Assembly: GCA_951406725.2 (NCBI GenBank)
Contig: OX597823.1
Coordinates: 90,272,001-90,336,000, forward strand
Reading direction: 5' to 3'
From: Octopus vulgaris
Lineage: Eukaryota
Length of the DNA stretch: 64,000 nucleotides
Under the pieces are notes generated by a model. That model was given only the letters and a program-made list of their open reading frames with translations, ran no database searches and was not told where the DNA came from. Numbering within the stretch: position 1 is the stretch's first letter; each line of letters starts with the position of its first letter. The position numbers were made by a program, and so were the translations under genes. Shown in pieces: positions 50,426-64,000 of the stretch.

Positions 50426-50963
50426 ATATATATATATAATAATAATAATAATAATATATGATATGTAATATACATACACACATATATATAAAAGAGAATG
50501 ACTCTCCCCAGACAACAGAATATGCTTCAACACACAAACTCATGTAAAGAATCTTGCAAATCAAATCCACAAATGAAATATAAATATATATATATATATA
50601 TATCATCATCATCATTGTTTAATGTCCGCTTTCCATGCTAGCATGGATTGGATGGTTTGATCGGGGTCTGGGAAGCCAGGAGGCTGCACCAGGCTTCAAT
50701 CTGATCTGGCAGTGTTTCTACAGCTTGATGCCCTTCCTAACACCAACCACTCCGTGAGTGTAGAGGGTGCTTTTTACGTTCCACCGGCACGGACACCAGT
50801 CAAGGCAGCACTGGCATCGGCCACATTTGGATGGTGGTTTTTACATGCCACTGGCATAGGTATCACAACTATCCATTTGATTATTATTTTGATGTTGATA
50901 TATATATATGTGTGTGCATGTAACTAACTACATATATGCATGTATGTATATATATATATATAT

Positions 50964-51192
50964 TTCTTTACTACCCACAAGGGGCTAAACACAGAGGGGA
51001 CAAACAAGGACAGACAAAGCGATTAAGTCGATTCCATCGACCCCAGTGCATAACTGGTACTTAATTTATCGACCCCGAAAGAATGAAAGGCAAAGTCGAC
51101 CTCGGCGGAATTTGAACTCATAACGTAACGGCAGACGAAATACCGCTAAGCATTTCGCCCGGCGTGCTACCGTTTCTGCCAGCTCGCCACCT

Positions 51193-51193
<1 letters not shown>
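50964..51193 (-). mobile_element. SINE family B, young full-length copy
   Basis: Near-identical to 62238-62471. Confidence 0.92.
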
Positions 51194-51280
<87 letters not shown>

Positions 51281-51469
51281 GTGTTCGTGTGTGTGTATAT
51301 ATATATATATAAAAATACAAAATGGGACAAGAAGACGATACAAAAAACACGGACGGATCATTCGAAGCCTTTAATCTTCAGTCAAGAACCGGATCATCCT
51401 TACAATTTCGGCTGATGAATCTTGAGATTGCTCCAATCTGGCCAGCCCCAAGGAAAAACTAAGCTAAGA

Positions 51470-51514
<45 letters not shown>

Positions 51515-51999
51515 TTACAAGAGTTCTCTCTACAGGTACAGGCATGGCTGTACGTTAAGATGTTTCCTTCATAAATACATATTATCAAGCAGGTGTCTTT
51601 TACTATAGTGCCAGCACCAGGTTGACCGGTACTTTGTCCCTGCATTTGACAGACAAACTCACTGGAACTCCTTGAAAATTTGTCTGGCTGTCATCATAAT
51701 CATTTAACATCCTTTTTCCATACTGGCATTGGTTGGATGCTTTGACTAGAGCTTGCATATATACATAAATATACATATATATATATATATACACACGTAT
51801 ACATACATACATACATACATATATATATATATTTATACATACACAGACACACGCTTAAGTTGTAATAGGGAAGTCAAATAAAATACGTGTTTTGAAATAA
51901 TTTGATACGTGTCGCAGGTCTGTGTAAAATATAATAGGAAATACATCCATTACATAAGACTTTCCTTAGTTGAAGCATTGTGTGTGTGTGTATGTGTAT

Positions 52000-52150
52000 A
52001 GTTGAAATTTATAGAAAAACAAAAGACAAAGACAGGTGTAGGAACAACAAGAAAGTGTATTAGTTTGACACTCGGGGAAAAATGAAAATGTCTTTTATGT
52101 TTCGAGCCTATGCTCTTCAGTAGAAAGTAATAAGAGAAAAAAACAGAGAG
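52000..52150 (-). mobile_element. Short Penelope-like-tail element with decayed minimal hammerhead (52092-52127)
   Basis: CTTT-CTACTGA-A-GAGC(ATAG)GCTC-GAAA-CA-TA-AAAG. Confidence 0.62.
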
Positions 52151-53103
52151 AGAATCACACGCACACACACACACACACACACACATATACAAACAAACAC
52201 ACACACGCGCACACACACCTCGTCGTCATCATCACCCTCATCACTTGATGTCTGTTTTCTCTGCTGGATGGTTTGACAGGAGCTGGCTAGGCCAGGAGCT
52301 ACACCTGGTTCCATGGTCTGTTTTGGCACACTTTCTATACTTGGATACCCTGTCCTAATGCCAACCACTTTATAGAGTGTACTGGGTCCTTTTTATGTGG
52401 TATCAGCACCAGTGCTTTTTATGTGGTACCAGCATCAGTGGTTTTTACATGCCACCAGTACAGAGAGGGTCATCAAGTACTTTACAAAACAAAACCCCTA
52501 GAGAGTAATATAAGAATCTTATAAAATAACTTATTTTTTAAGTGCGTATTTGAGGCAGAAATATGAAATTTTGATGTGAGGTTTAAATTTCATTCAGTTT
52601 AAAACAGGAAATTTGTATCTTAGAACCAAAACTGGTTTCGAATGTGTTTGTATCAGAAATGTTAAGAAATAGGTTTTCCAAAGCTGAATTCCCCAGGCAA
52701 AGAAAGCAGTAATCTAACTTAATATTTTGTGAATCGGTACTGAAATAGGAACAATGAATATATACAAGGATTTTTGAAAGAAATTCAGCACCTAACTCTT
52801 TCTTGGAGTTGTTATTGCTACAAGTCCGTCTATGAAACTTTTTTTTTCCTTCTTATTTATAAACCATGGCTTTCTCATTATAGAAATACTTCAAAGAATT
52901 TCAGAAAAAAAAAAGATAAGCATACAGACAGAGTAAACCATCTTGAAAGGCATAAATATAATTTACTATACATACATACATACATACATACATACATACA
53001 TACATACATTCGTATGTATGTATGTATGTATGTGTGTATATAAACATACTCATACTGAAAAGTTGCTCTTCTGTATGTATACCCCAATGTATATAATTGT
53101 GTG

Positions 53104-53153
<50 letters not shown>

Positions 53154-53402
53154 CATATATTGAGTATGATATATGCTTATATATCATTCAAAATAATAAG
53201 TTCCACAAGATTTCAGCATGTATGTGTGTGTGTGTGTGTATATATGTATGTATATATATATATATATGTATATATATATGTATATGTATATATATATGTA
53301 TATATATATATGTATATATATATATATGTTTGTATATATATATATATATATGTTTGTATATATATATATATATGTATGTATATATATATATATATGTATA
53401 TA

Positions 53403-53467
<65 letters not shown>

Positions 53468-53508
53468 ACATAATGTGCAAGCAAATATATATAGATGTCT
53501 GTACTTAC

Positions 53509-53753
53509 CATAGACACAGTATGCCCTCTGGTAGCTGATTGCTTCTATCCATCTCTCTATCTCTCGCGGATGACCAATGATGCTATTTATAAAGACCAAC
53601 GTTAATCCGGTTAATCCAATTTGTATCTGTCTCGGTGCAACATGGTAATTCCTGTCATTGTCCTCTGCCCTATATCGGTCAGAATGATGGTCAACAGGGA
53701 AGCCTCTTTCGTTGACGACGGCGGTGAGAGCGGCGGTGGTGGTTCTGGTGGAA
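53509..53753 (-). other. Candidate exon of an unidentified minus-strand gene (possibly 5' UTR plus start [14 protein letters not shown])
   Basis: Unique CpG-rich sequence; acceptor tgttgtttctcttctgcag| at 53754; donor ATG|GTAAGTA at 53508; ATG at 53552 in gagATGG context; a second frame is open across the whole exon. Confidence 0.5.
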
Positions 53754-54131
53754 CTGCAGAAGAGAAACAACAGCAATCATTAGAAACTTTCTGTCGGAGG
53801 AAGTGACCACTTTACCATGGTAGCGTTTCGTGTACAAGGCATACAGGAATATCATGCACCAACGCCCCTCTTTCGTCTCAAAGCTACGAGCTAAAATAAC
53901 AACATTTCTGGTGGTGGTACTGTCTTCCTGTAGGATTCTTCACTCATATTCTTGCTCTTGTAGTTCTCATTATTATTGTCATTGTTGATGTTGTTATTAT
54001 TATCATTATTATTACTATTATTATTATTATTAATTAGTATGTCTTTACTTTCTCACCATTGTATTCCTAGAGATTATGTAGAGCTCTGTGTGTGTGTATG
54101 CGCATGTGTGTATGTATCTATATAAACTTAT

Positions 54132-54166
<35 letters not shown>

Positions 54167-54361
54167 CGTAGAAATACACCCCCACACACATATACAGACA
54201 TATATACATATACAAACATATACATACATAAATATACACATATATATGAAGACAAACATATGCATATATATATACATACACAGACATATATATATACGTA
54301 TATGTATACATATATGCTTACACACATTTATAAACATACACACAAACATACATATGCATAT

Positions 54362-54396
<35 letters not shown>

Positions 54397-54706
54397 CATA
54401 TATACACACATGTATACACAGACATAAATATGCATACATATATACATATATCTAAGTATTCATATGTACATATATTAATATCTACACACCCAGACACTCA
54501 CACACAGACACACTTAGACAGATACACTTCAACAGTCATACACACACACACTCACCACACACACACACACACACTCACCACACACACACGCACACACACA
54601 CACACACATTCTATGTCAATATGAGTAGGAAGGTAGGAGTATCTTGTTGAAGAAGGGTGTGTTTAAGCCTTGTTGATAGCTTTTATGTTTATCACCACAC
54701 TTAGTG

Positions 54707-54742
<36 letters not shown>

Positions 54743-55406
54743 AGGGAGAGTAAGAAAAAAGAAGATGAAAAAGTGAATAAGGTGTAGAAGATGGTGGGAA
54801 GGATGGCTGGAAGAGTGAACAGTATTTCAGATAAGGGGTGGATGTGAGCAGGATATTCTGAACACTCTTTTTCATAATTTGGCTGTGTGGTTAAGAATCT
54901 CACTTTGTAGCCATGTGCTCCCTGGTTCAGTTCCACTGCATGGCACCTTGGGTAAATGTCTTAGGCTGACTGATGCCACGTGAGTGAATTTGGTGGCTGG
55001 AAACTGTGAGGAAGCTTGTCAATGCATGTGTGATTGTGTTTGTATTTGCCTCCCCCACCACCACCACAACCACCACCACTTGACAGCCAGGGTTGGGGGT
55101 TTGGTGAAAGAGGCCAGCAAGATAGATATCAGACTTAGAAACATAAAAGATGAGTATTGACTAAACCCTGCAAGGCAGTGCACCAGCATGGCCACGATCC
55201 ATTGACTGAGACATGTAAAAAGAAAAGAAGATATATAGGTGCAGGCATGGCAGTGTGGTAAGATGTTTATTTCCCAAACACATGGTTCTAGGTTCAGTCC
55301 CACTGTGTGACACCTTGGGCAAGTGTCTTTTACTATAGCCTCGGGCTGGCCAAAACCTTGTGAGTGGGTTTGGTAGATGGAAACTGCAAGAAGCTCATTG
55401 TGTGTG

Positions 55407-55437
<31 letters not shown>

Positions 55438-55611
55438 TACAGCTTGAAAATTGATGTGGGTTTGGTAAAAAAGTGATAACCAGACTTTAAAAAACAAGTA
55501 CTGAAGTCAATTCATTTGTTCAAGTAAGTCCCTTCAAGGTGGTGCCCCAGCATGGCCACAGTCCAATGACTGAAACAAGCCAAAGATGAACATACACACA
55601 CAAATATATAA

Positions 55612-55657
<46 letters not shown>

Positions 55658-55914
55658 AGGCCTGCCTGACTGGCTCCCCTGCCAGTGGTATGTAAAAAGC
55701 ACCATCTGAATGTGGCCGATGCCAGTACCTCCTGACTGACTCCAGTGCTGGTGGCACATAAAAAGTATTATCTGAATGTGATCGATGCCAGGCCCACCTG
55801 ACTGGCTCCTGTGCCAGTGGCATGTAGAAAGAACCCACTACACTCTCGGAGTGGTTGGTGTTAGGAACTCATTAGGTTATTTTTGTATAATGTATTATAT
55901 ATATATATATTTAA

Positions 55915-56135
55915 CCCTTTTGTTACTGTATTTATTTTGAGATGCTCTGCATTTCTATTAATTACTTTAATTATAACAAAGAATTTAGTAAAATAACTTA
56001 GTTATCATTAAGCTAGTGTTAGGAACATAAATTGTGACTAAGGTTTGGTAGAAGATTTTAATTCCAAACTTATGAAAACAAGACATTTGTACTACAGAGC
56101 CAGGGGCGGTTTCAGCCGGGTTGGTAACGAAAGGG
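55915..56135. mobile_element. piggyBac-like MITE (second family)
   Basis: TTAA-CCCTTTTGTTAC...GTAACGAAAGGG; right TTAA degenerate; diverged relatives near 9650-9875 and 52540-52665. Confidence 0.7.
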
Positions 56136-56461
56136 TACCTTGCAATGCATGTTTCCACAAATCACATGATTTTGACATCAAACTTAATGTCCTTGGGATT
56201 TGTACAGTATAGTTCATATTATCCACCCCTAATGTTACCGTAAATGAAATTAAAAGATATTATGTACACACACACACACACACACACACACTGTACTACT
56301 TTCAGGTTCTGTCTACCAAATCCACACAAAGATTTGTGTGGAAGACTTGCCCAAGGTTGACACACCGTGGGACTGAACTTGAGACCATGTGGTTGAGAAG
56401 CAAACTTGTTAACCACACAGCCACACCTATGTATATATATGTATGTATATATATAGCCACA

Positions 56462-56543
<82 letters not shown>

Positions 56544-56619
56544 CACACACACATATATATGTATGTATATATATACATATAGATATATACATTTCAAAAT
56601 GTAACCACATGTGAATCGT

Positions 56620-56810
56620 TGGCAATTTTTTTCCTCCATCTTCCTTTTCTCTTGGACTTTCCTTTGTCTCCTGTTTCCGATGAAGAGCTTTGCTCAAAAC
56701 ATAAAATCCATCTTTCTTTCCTTCCCTCAGCCTCTGCTAATACTTTGTCCCTATGTTGTTGTCTTTTTTTGTGCTTTTCTTCGTGTTTTTGGATTTACTA
56801 TTTATATATA
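56620..56810 (+). mobile_element. Short Penelope-like-tail element with decayed minimal hammerhead (56673-56707)
   Basis: GTTT-CCGATGA-A-GAGC(TTT)GCTC-AAAA-CA-TA-AAAT; tail ends in (TA)n. Confidence 0.6.
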
Positions 56811-58667
56811 TATATATATATATATTTGGCGTTAGGAAGGGCATCCAGCTGTAGAAACATTGCCAGATTAGACTGGAGCCTGGTGCAGCCTTCTGGCTTC
56901 CCAGAACCCCGGTCGAACCGTCCAACCCATGCTAGCATGGAGAACGGACGTTAAACGACGATGATATATATATATATATGTAAATGTATGAACACACACA
57001 CACACACATACATACATACATACATACACATACACACACACTGATTCAGACATAGGTGCACAAGCACACACGTCATCTTAACAATGGTAATGATTAACAT
57101 CAATGCATGTATGTGTAACACACACACACACACATACACACACACATGTATATATATGTAGAGAGAGAGAAGGAGGAAAGGAAGAGAAAGAACTGAGACA
57201 TCATAAGGCGGTAGGCACTTAAAAAAGAAACAAACAATGAAGTAATAGGGGTGAGGGTGGGGTGGTCTATTGCTAACAATGATATCACCAGGGGAGATCC
57301 CCTAGTTTTTTTTTTGCTCTGTTTTAATCTTTGAAGCAATGGTTACTATTGTCATCAACAGTTGATAATGGCTAGATATTGGCTGACGATTATGACTCAG
57401 GGAACAGCCTTTTTTTTTCTTCTTTTTTTAGTCTTTTAGAACTCTCAGAATTACATGAGATTTTTTCTTTTCTTTTTGATGTCAGAAGGTGCTTTTAACT
57501 TATGAATATTAAGTTTTCATGACATCAGCATCAGTCTAATATTACCAATAGCACTAAGACCTACCAGACAGTACCAATAACTACCAACACCACCATTAAT
57601 AACGGCACTACCAACTAATTTAGGGGTTGGTAAATTTCTCATATTACTGACCCCCTTTCATGGAATTGTTCAGAACTTAATGAAACATCCCTGATTATAA
57701 ATTTCTAAACTAAAATTGAAAAGCATAATTAGTGAAAAATTTCTTGATCTAAAAACAATAATTCCTTTGTTTGTTCTTGCATTTTTCCCCATTTTTTAAT
57801 GAGAAATATTTAAAAGAAATTTAATGAAAACACTTAACGAAATTGATAAAGAACAATAATAATTCATTGATATTATATTGATATATTTGGAATATTTAAT
57901 GGAAAATATGTGTTTGGAGAATACTGATTACTATTACATCAATATTTGGTTGGTAATTAATGAGTTTTAGCCTTAAATTACTTCACTGTTAATGAAGGAA
58001 AGAAACAGCATAAATCTGTAAGAGTGTGGAAATTTAAATGGTAAGAAATTCACAGAAGGGTACTCAGGTGTCATGACCTGGATTGGCCCAGCACCCTTAG
58101 AATATAAGAAGGGCCAAAACACTTGCTTGAGAGAGGTTTCTTTTCTGAAGACCCTCTGCTTTTTCAGCTCTCTTCACACTTTCTTACCAAAATCTAACAG
58201 AACCATTCTGTTTCTGTTCTTTGCTAAATGTGAATTTCCATGGCTTGATTTTTATAAAAAAATAAAATAAATTTCAAATTGTCCAACAAACTGAAACCAG
58301 TCTACAGTTATTGGTCAATAAATCCACACTAGTATTGACTGTCTGTATTACATTGTCTACATGCAGAGTGTACTCTTGTCCTTAATTGGTTCACCAATCA
58401 ACTAGTTGGGGTTACAGGTTTACTAATCATATACCCACAATGGGATACCTGGTAAGGTATTTTGAATTTCCGTATTGTATTTCAGGTGGACCTTTTTAAA
58501 TGGATCCATATGTTGAAACAACTGTAGCACCTTTAATGTTAAAAACTGTTTCACGTGTTTATTGACCCCTTAGATAATAGTCACATACACCCCAAAGGGT
58601 CAATATTGGCCACTGTATTTTGCCTGGTATGCTAACGATTCTGCCAGCTCACTGTCTTAGTGCTTTA

Positions 58668-58727
<60 letters not shown>

Positions 58728-58939
58728 CCTATATAATATAGGCACAAGGCTTGAAATTTTGGGGGAGTGGGGACCAGTCGATCATATTGACCCCAGTCCT
58801 TGACTGATACTTAATCTATTGATCCTGAAAGGATGAAAGGCAGAGTCAACCTCAGTGGAATTTGAACTCAGAACATGGAGACAGACGAAATGCCATTAAG
58901 CATTTCGCCCAGCATGCTAATGATTGTGCCAGCTCACCG

Positions 58940-58974
<35 letters not shown>

Positions 58975-59897
58975 ATAATAATAATGAATGGCATCTGGCA
59001 TTAGTATGGGCATCCAGCTGTAGAAACTCTGCCAAATCAAGATTGAAACCTGGTGCAGCCATCTGGTTTGCCAGCCCTCAGTCATACGTCCAACCCATGC
59101 TAGCATGGAAAGTGGACGTTAAACGATGATGATGATAATGATGATGATGATGATGAATAATGTACTTATTACAGAGTGCTCCGGTGCACTCCGACTTATT
59201 AGTAAAAGGTAAAAGAAGGATGAGGAAGCAGACATCAAATGAAGAAAGAGAGCCATGAAAGGCAAAAGTCTACCAGGAAAGGGAACGGTAAAAGAGGCAT
59301 AAAGAGGAAAAGGAACCGAGGCAAGTCAGGGGTGATATTGGTGACTTGCAAGAATGATGGAATTTTTGAAGGCTGCAGTATTGTGACAGCTAAGAAGTGA
59401 TACGAATGGTTCATTTTGTGTTTATCTCATGCTTTGAGTGAGACATTTTCTGATATTCCCTGCAGTTCAGAAATTATAGCTTATTTGATTGCACCTGAAG
59501 AACTTTTCATTGCTTCTCCAAAACTTTGAAGACCTTTTAAATGTATATTAGAACAAACCTCAGAGAACTAGCTCCCCATTCGATACTAAAGTTTGCTTTA
59601 TTGTCAACAACAAACCAAACAAGGACATGGCACACGAAACATTTAATGTACAAGAGAACGAAATTGAATTAGAAATGGTGAATCTAGGTGGCATGTTTAT
59701 AAATTCTTGTAAACTTTGGTACTTTATCTCTATCTTAACAGGGGGTGAAAGGGAGGGGGAAAGGAAAGAGTAGGGGGGATAATTAATTGGTTTACTGAAT
59801 GAAGGAAAACTGTTTTTGAATGGCAAAAGTCATTGAAACTGTAGATTAAGGATGATAAGACTTCATGAATGTAAAAATATCTAGATAGATGTATATC

Positions 59898-59944
<47 letters not shown>

Positions 59945-60448
59945 ACATATATACTCACATATGTGTATGTATGTATTTATGTATGTATATATACACAAAC
60001 ACACATGCACATGTTATATACATATATACCAACATAAACCTACACACAGGTATATATATATGTGTGTGTGTATGTGTGTGAGTGAGTGTAAATACAGATG
60101 TAACATGTTTGTACATATGTATGTATGTTTACTTGTATGTGTGTGTGTTTATTTATTTTTGTATGTATAAATGTATGTGTATATGCATGTGTGTGTATAA
60201 GCATTGTATACCTTGTTGAGTGTACAATATTCTGCGTGATGCTTATGAGTGAGTGTATAGTGAACAAGGTGTGATTATACTGTATATACATATGTTGTGT
60301 GTGAGCGCATAGTCAATATGAGATGACTGTAGTGTGTGTGTGTGTGTGTGTTTGTAGATTCTATATTGGAGATGTTGAAACAGTAGAAAAAAATTAAGAA
60401 TAAACATTGTTAGTTTAATAGTATAGAAAGAGATATGTATGTGTGTAC

Positions 60449-60488
<40 letters not shown>

Positions 60489-60502
60489 CTAATAACATAC
60501 AA

Positions 60503-60599
<97 letters not shown>

Positions 60600-60773
60600 C
60601 ACTTATATACACACAGTAATATCTATTAGAATTTTGTCTATGTGTGTGTAAATACATAAACAAATATATACAGATATGTACACCTACACAAATATATAAA
60701 TGTCTATGTGTGTGTGTATATATATATAAATATATATATATATACACACACACACACATGTATTTCTATATCT

Positions 60774-60815
<42 letters not shown>

Positions 60816-61119
60816 CAGTGAGTGTGTGCATATGTACATACAAAAATAATACATACAAAGATATGTGCATACAAGTAAACATGTGTACAAACATGTTACA
60901 TCTGTATTTACACTCACACACACACACACATACATATGTATTTATTTAAGTAAACTTTTATATAATTACATTTAAAGCAATATGATGCAGCTGATAGAAT
61001 TTAAACGCAAACATGTGTGTGTGTGTACTTTGATGCAATTCTAGGTGTATCTATGTATATCCCTGTGTGTGTGTGCGTGTATTGTATGCAAGGATATAAA
61101 CTGTAAAGTACATATACAT

Positions 61120-61230
61120 CTATCAGTCTATCTATCTGTCTCTCTGTATGTCTCTGAATCAGTCTCTCTCTCTATCTCTCTGTCTGTCTATCTAGCTGTC
61201 TGTCTGTCTGTCTATCTGTCTGTCTGTCTC

Positions 61231-61301
<71 letters not shown>

Positions 61302-61430
61302 GTCTGTCTCTCTGTCTATCTGTCCGTCTGTCTGTCTGTCTATCTATCTATTCTTCTGCCTGCCTACCTACCTACCTGCCTGCCAGCCTGTCTGTCTGTC
61401 TGTCTGTCTGTCCGTCAGTCTATTTCTATG
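61120..61430. repeat. (TCTA)n/(TCTG)n tetranucleotide tract
   Basis: Directly visible. Confidence 0.95.
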
Positions 61431-61431
61431 A

Positions 61432-62548
61432 ATGAAGTGGTATCGAAAAGTTCCTGGACTATTCTTTTATTCTTTCACTTGTTTCAATCATTTGACTGCG
61501 GCCATGCTGGAGCACCGCCTTTAGGTGAACAAATCAACTCCGGGACTTATTCTTTGTAAGCCTAGTACTTATTCTATTGGTTTCTTTTGCTGAACCGCTA
61601 AGTTACAGGGGTGTAAACACAGCAGCATTGGTTGTCAAGTGATATTGGGGGTGGGGGACAAACACAGACACACAAACATACACACACACACACACATGCA
61701 CACATGCACACACACATACACATGCACACACACATACACACCATCATCATCATCATTTAACGTCTGTTTTCCATGCTAGCATGGGTTGGACGGCGTAACG
61801 GGTTTCTTCCAGTCTACCAAATCCACTCACAAATCTTTGGTTGACCTGAGGCTATAGTAGAAGACACTTGCCCAAGGTACCACACACTGGGATTGAACCC
61901 AGGACCATGTGTTTAGTAAGCAAGCTACTTACCACACAGCCACACCTGCACTTAGTTATGTTGAATAAAGAATAACTTATTTACCTAAGTTTTAACATCA
62001 TCTCCTTCAAAATAGTCACCTTGCAAGGCAATACACTGGTCCCAGTGTTCCTTGCCACTTTTGAAATCTGGTCTGGAAGTTGTTTTCTGTAAGTGAGTCG
62101 AGGACCTTCTGTGATTTGCTCAGGATCTCAACAATGGTACTAAAACAGCAACCTTTAAGCTGCATTTTCATCTAGAGGAAGAGATGGGAGTCTGCAAGTG
62201 CTAAATCTGGTGAATAAGGTGAATGTGGATGCGATACTTATTTCTTTATTACCCACAAGGGGCTAAACACAGAGAGGACAAACAAGGACAGACATAGGTA
62301 TTAAGTCGATTACATCAACCCCAGTGCGTAACTGGTACTTAATTTATCGACCCCGAAAGGATGAAAGGCAAAGTTGACCTTGGTGAAATTTGAACTCACA
62401 ACATAACGCAGACGAAATACCGCTAAGCATTTCGCCCAGCGTGCTAACGTTTCTGCCAGCTCGCCACCTTTTGTGGATGCGATACCATGTTGCTTCTGGC
62501 GAAAGACTCACAAGTGAGGAACGCTCGCTGACAGGGTTCATTGTCGTC
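61432..62548 (-). pseudogene. Decayed mariner transposase 3' half interrupted by two SINEs
   Basis: With the SINEs removed: DNEPCQ...NMVSHPHSPYSPDLALADSHLF...QGDYFEGD; TIR-like gtatcgaaaagttcctggact at ~61440-61460. Confidence 0.75.
62238..62471 (-). mobile_element. SINE family B with 14-bp TSD
   Basis: TSD TGTGGATGCGATAC at 62224-62237 and 62472-62485. Confidence 0.95.
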
Positions 62549-63240
62549 ATTATCCCATTCTGGGTTGTCCATTTGTCTAAAGTTCTTCCTAGAAGTAAGA
62601 CGAAATTTTTCATGTTCACTACCCTCACATGTCTTTGCCTGTATATCAGCTGATATTTCCAGTAAACATTGGTGCCTTGTTGTACCACCACTCTCTCTCT
62701 CTCTCTCTCCATATATATATATATATATAATGTTCTATGATGGTAATGAGAGTTAAAATGAACTGAAAAAGGCAAAAACTAAATAAGTATATATAGTTTA
62801 AACAATTGGCTGGGTGTATGTGCCTAGTTAACTCTCTATCTCTGTACGTGTCTGTGAGTGTATACATTATATATCCTCAGTTACACACCGAATTATAAAC
62901 ACATCTATACATACACACATATATACATATCTATGCTCATGCATATATATATATATATATATGTATTTATAGACATGCACACACATACAAATACATAGCA
63001 CACACATACACAAACATACACAACAGGAGAGAGTGAGCGAGTGATATATGAACGCACACACATACACACATGTATATACATACACACATGCACACACTCA
63101 ATTTCTCACTTAGTGTTTATTTTTGCTGTTAGCAATCATTTTCTGCCAGTAAATTATTTATACTAAGCCATAATTCCATCCCCTCAACAACACACCAACA
63201 ACCCACACCTTCTCGACATTGAAATATAATTAAACATTTC

Positions 63241-63359
<119 letters not shown>

Positions 63360-64000
63360 GCGTCTGTGCTGAGTCTCCAAAAACTGCAAGCTTCTGCTGT
63401 GCAGTTCCTTTGTGGTGTGGAAATCTATTAGCTATTGTTTGACAACAGCACCATTATTGTTGTTGATGTGGTTGTTAATGTAGTTGTTGTTATTGTGTTT
63501 TGATGATGTTAATGGTCGTAATAGTGATGATGGTTATCACACCAATGGGAACTTTGGAAGAGGTTGGGCTATTTTCTTGTTGATGCTAATGGTGAAATTA
63601 CTCTGCCGTGTGTATATATATATTCATACACATTGTTTAATGTCTGCCTTCCATGCTGGCATGATATCATCATCATCATCGTTTAACGTCTGTTTTCCAT
63701 GCTAGTATGGGTTGGACGGTTCGACTGGGGTCTGGGAAGCCAGGAGGCTGCATCAGATTCCAGTCTGATCTGGCAGAGTTTCTACAGCAAGATGCCCTTC
63801 CTAATGCCAACCACTCCGTGAGTGTAGTGGGTGGTTTTTACGTGCCACAGACAGAGGGGCCAGATGAGGCTGCCAAACGGCCACTATCAGTTGGTGCTTT
63901 TATGTGTCACTGACACGGACACCAATCACGCGGCGCTGGCATCTGCCACGTTCAGACGGTGCTTTTAACGTGTCACTGGCATGGGTATCTTAACTACAAT

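Overview
Eukaryotic, AT-rich and extremely microsatellite-rich DNA. The repeat content (tRNA-derived SINEs, RTE LINEs, (TA)n/(CA)n/(TAA)n/(CAT)n tracts) fits an octopus/coleoid cephalopod genome; this assignment is inferred from repeat families I recognise, not from a search. The window looks intronic or intergenic, no complete host gene is identifiable, and most ORFs in the track are microsatellite artefacts. Recognisable content: two 5'-truncated RTE LINEs in inverted orientation, each with a PHD-like finger inside the RT domain; an R4/Dong-type RLE LINE pseudogene; Tx1/L1-like 3' ends; a DD41D Tc1/mariner deletion derivative; a fold-back mariner MITE; Tc1 and mariner relics; two non-autonomous Helitrons; piggyBac- and hAT-like MITEs; dozens of SINEs from at least four families; a possible decayed NUMT; and one good candidate minus-strand exon near 53.5 kb. 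The most notable signal is a set of about nine type I hammerhead-ribozyme motifs of the Penelope-like kind, most with decayed cores. They include two head-to-head inverted arrangements (14.4 kb, 50.1-50.4 kb) and one fused behind a tRNA-derived Pol III head (8.9-9.2 kb).
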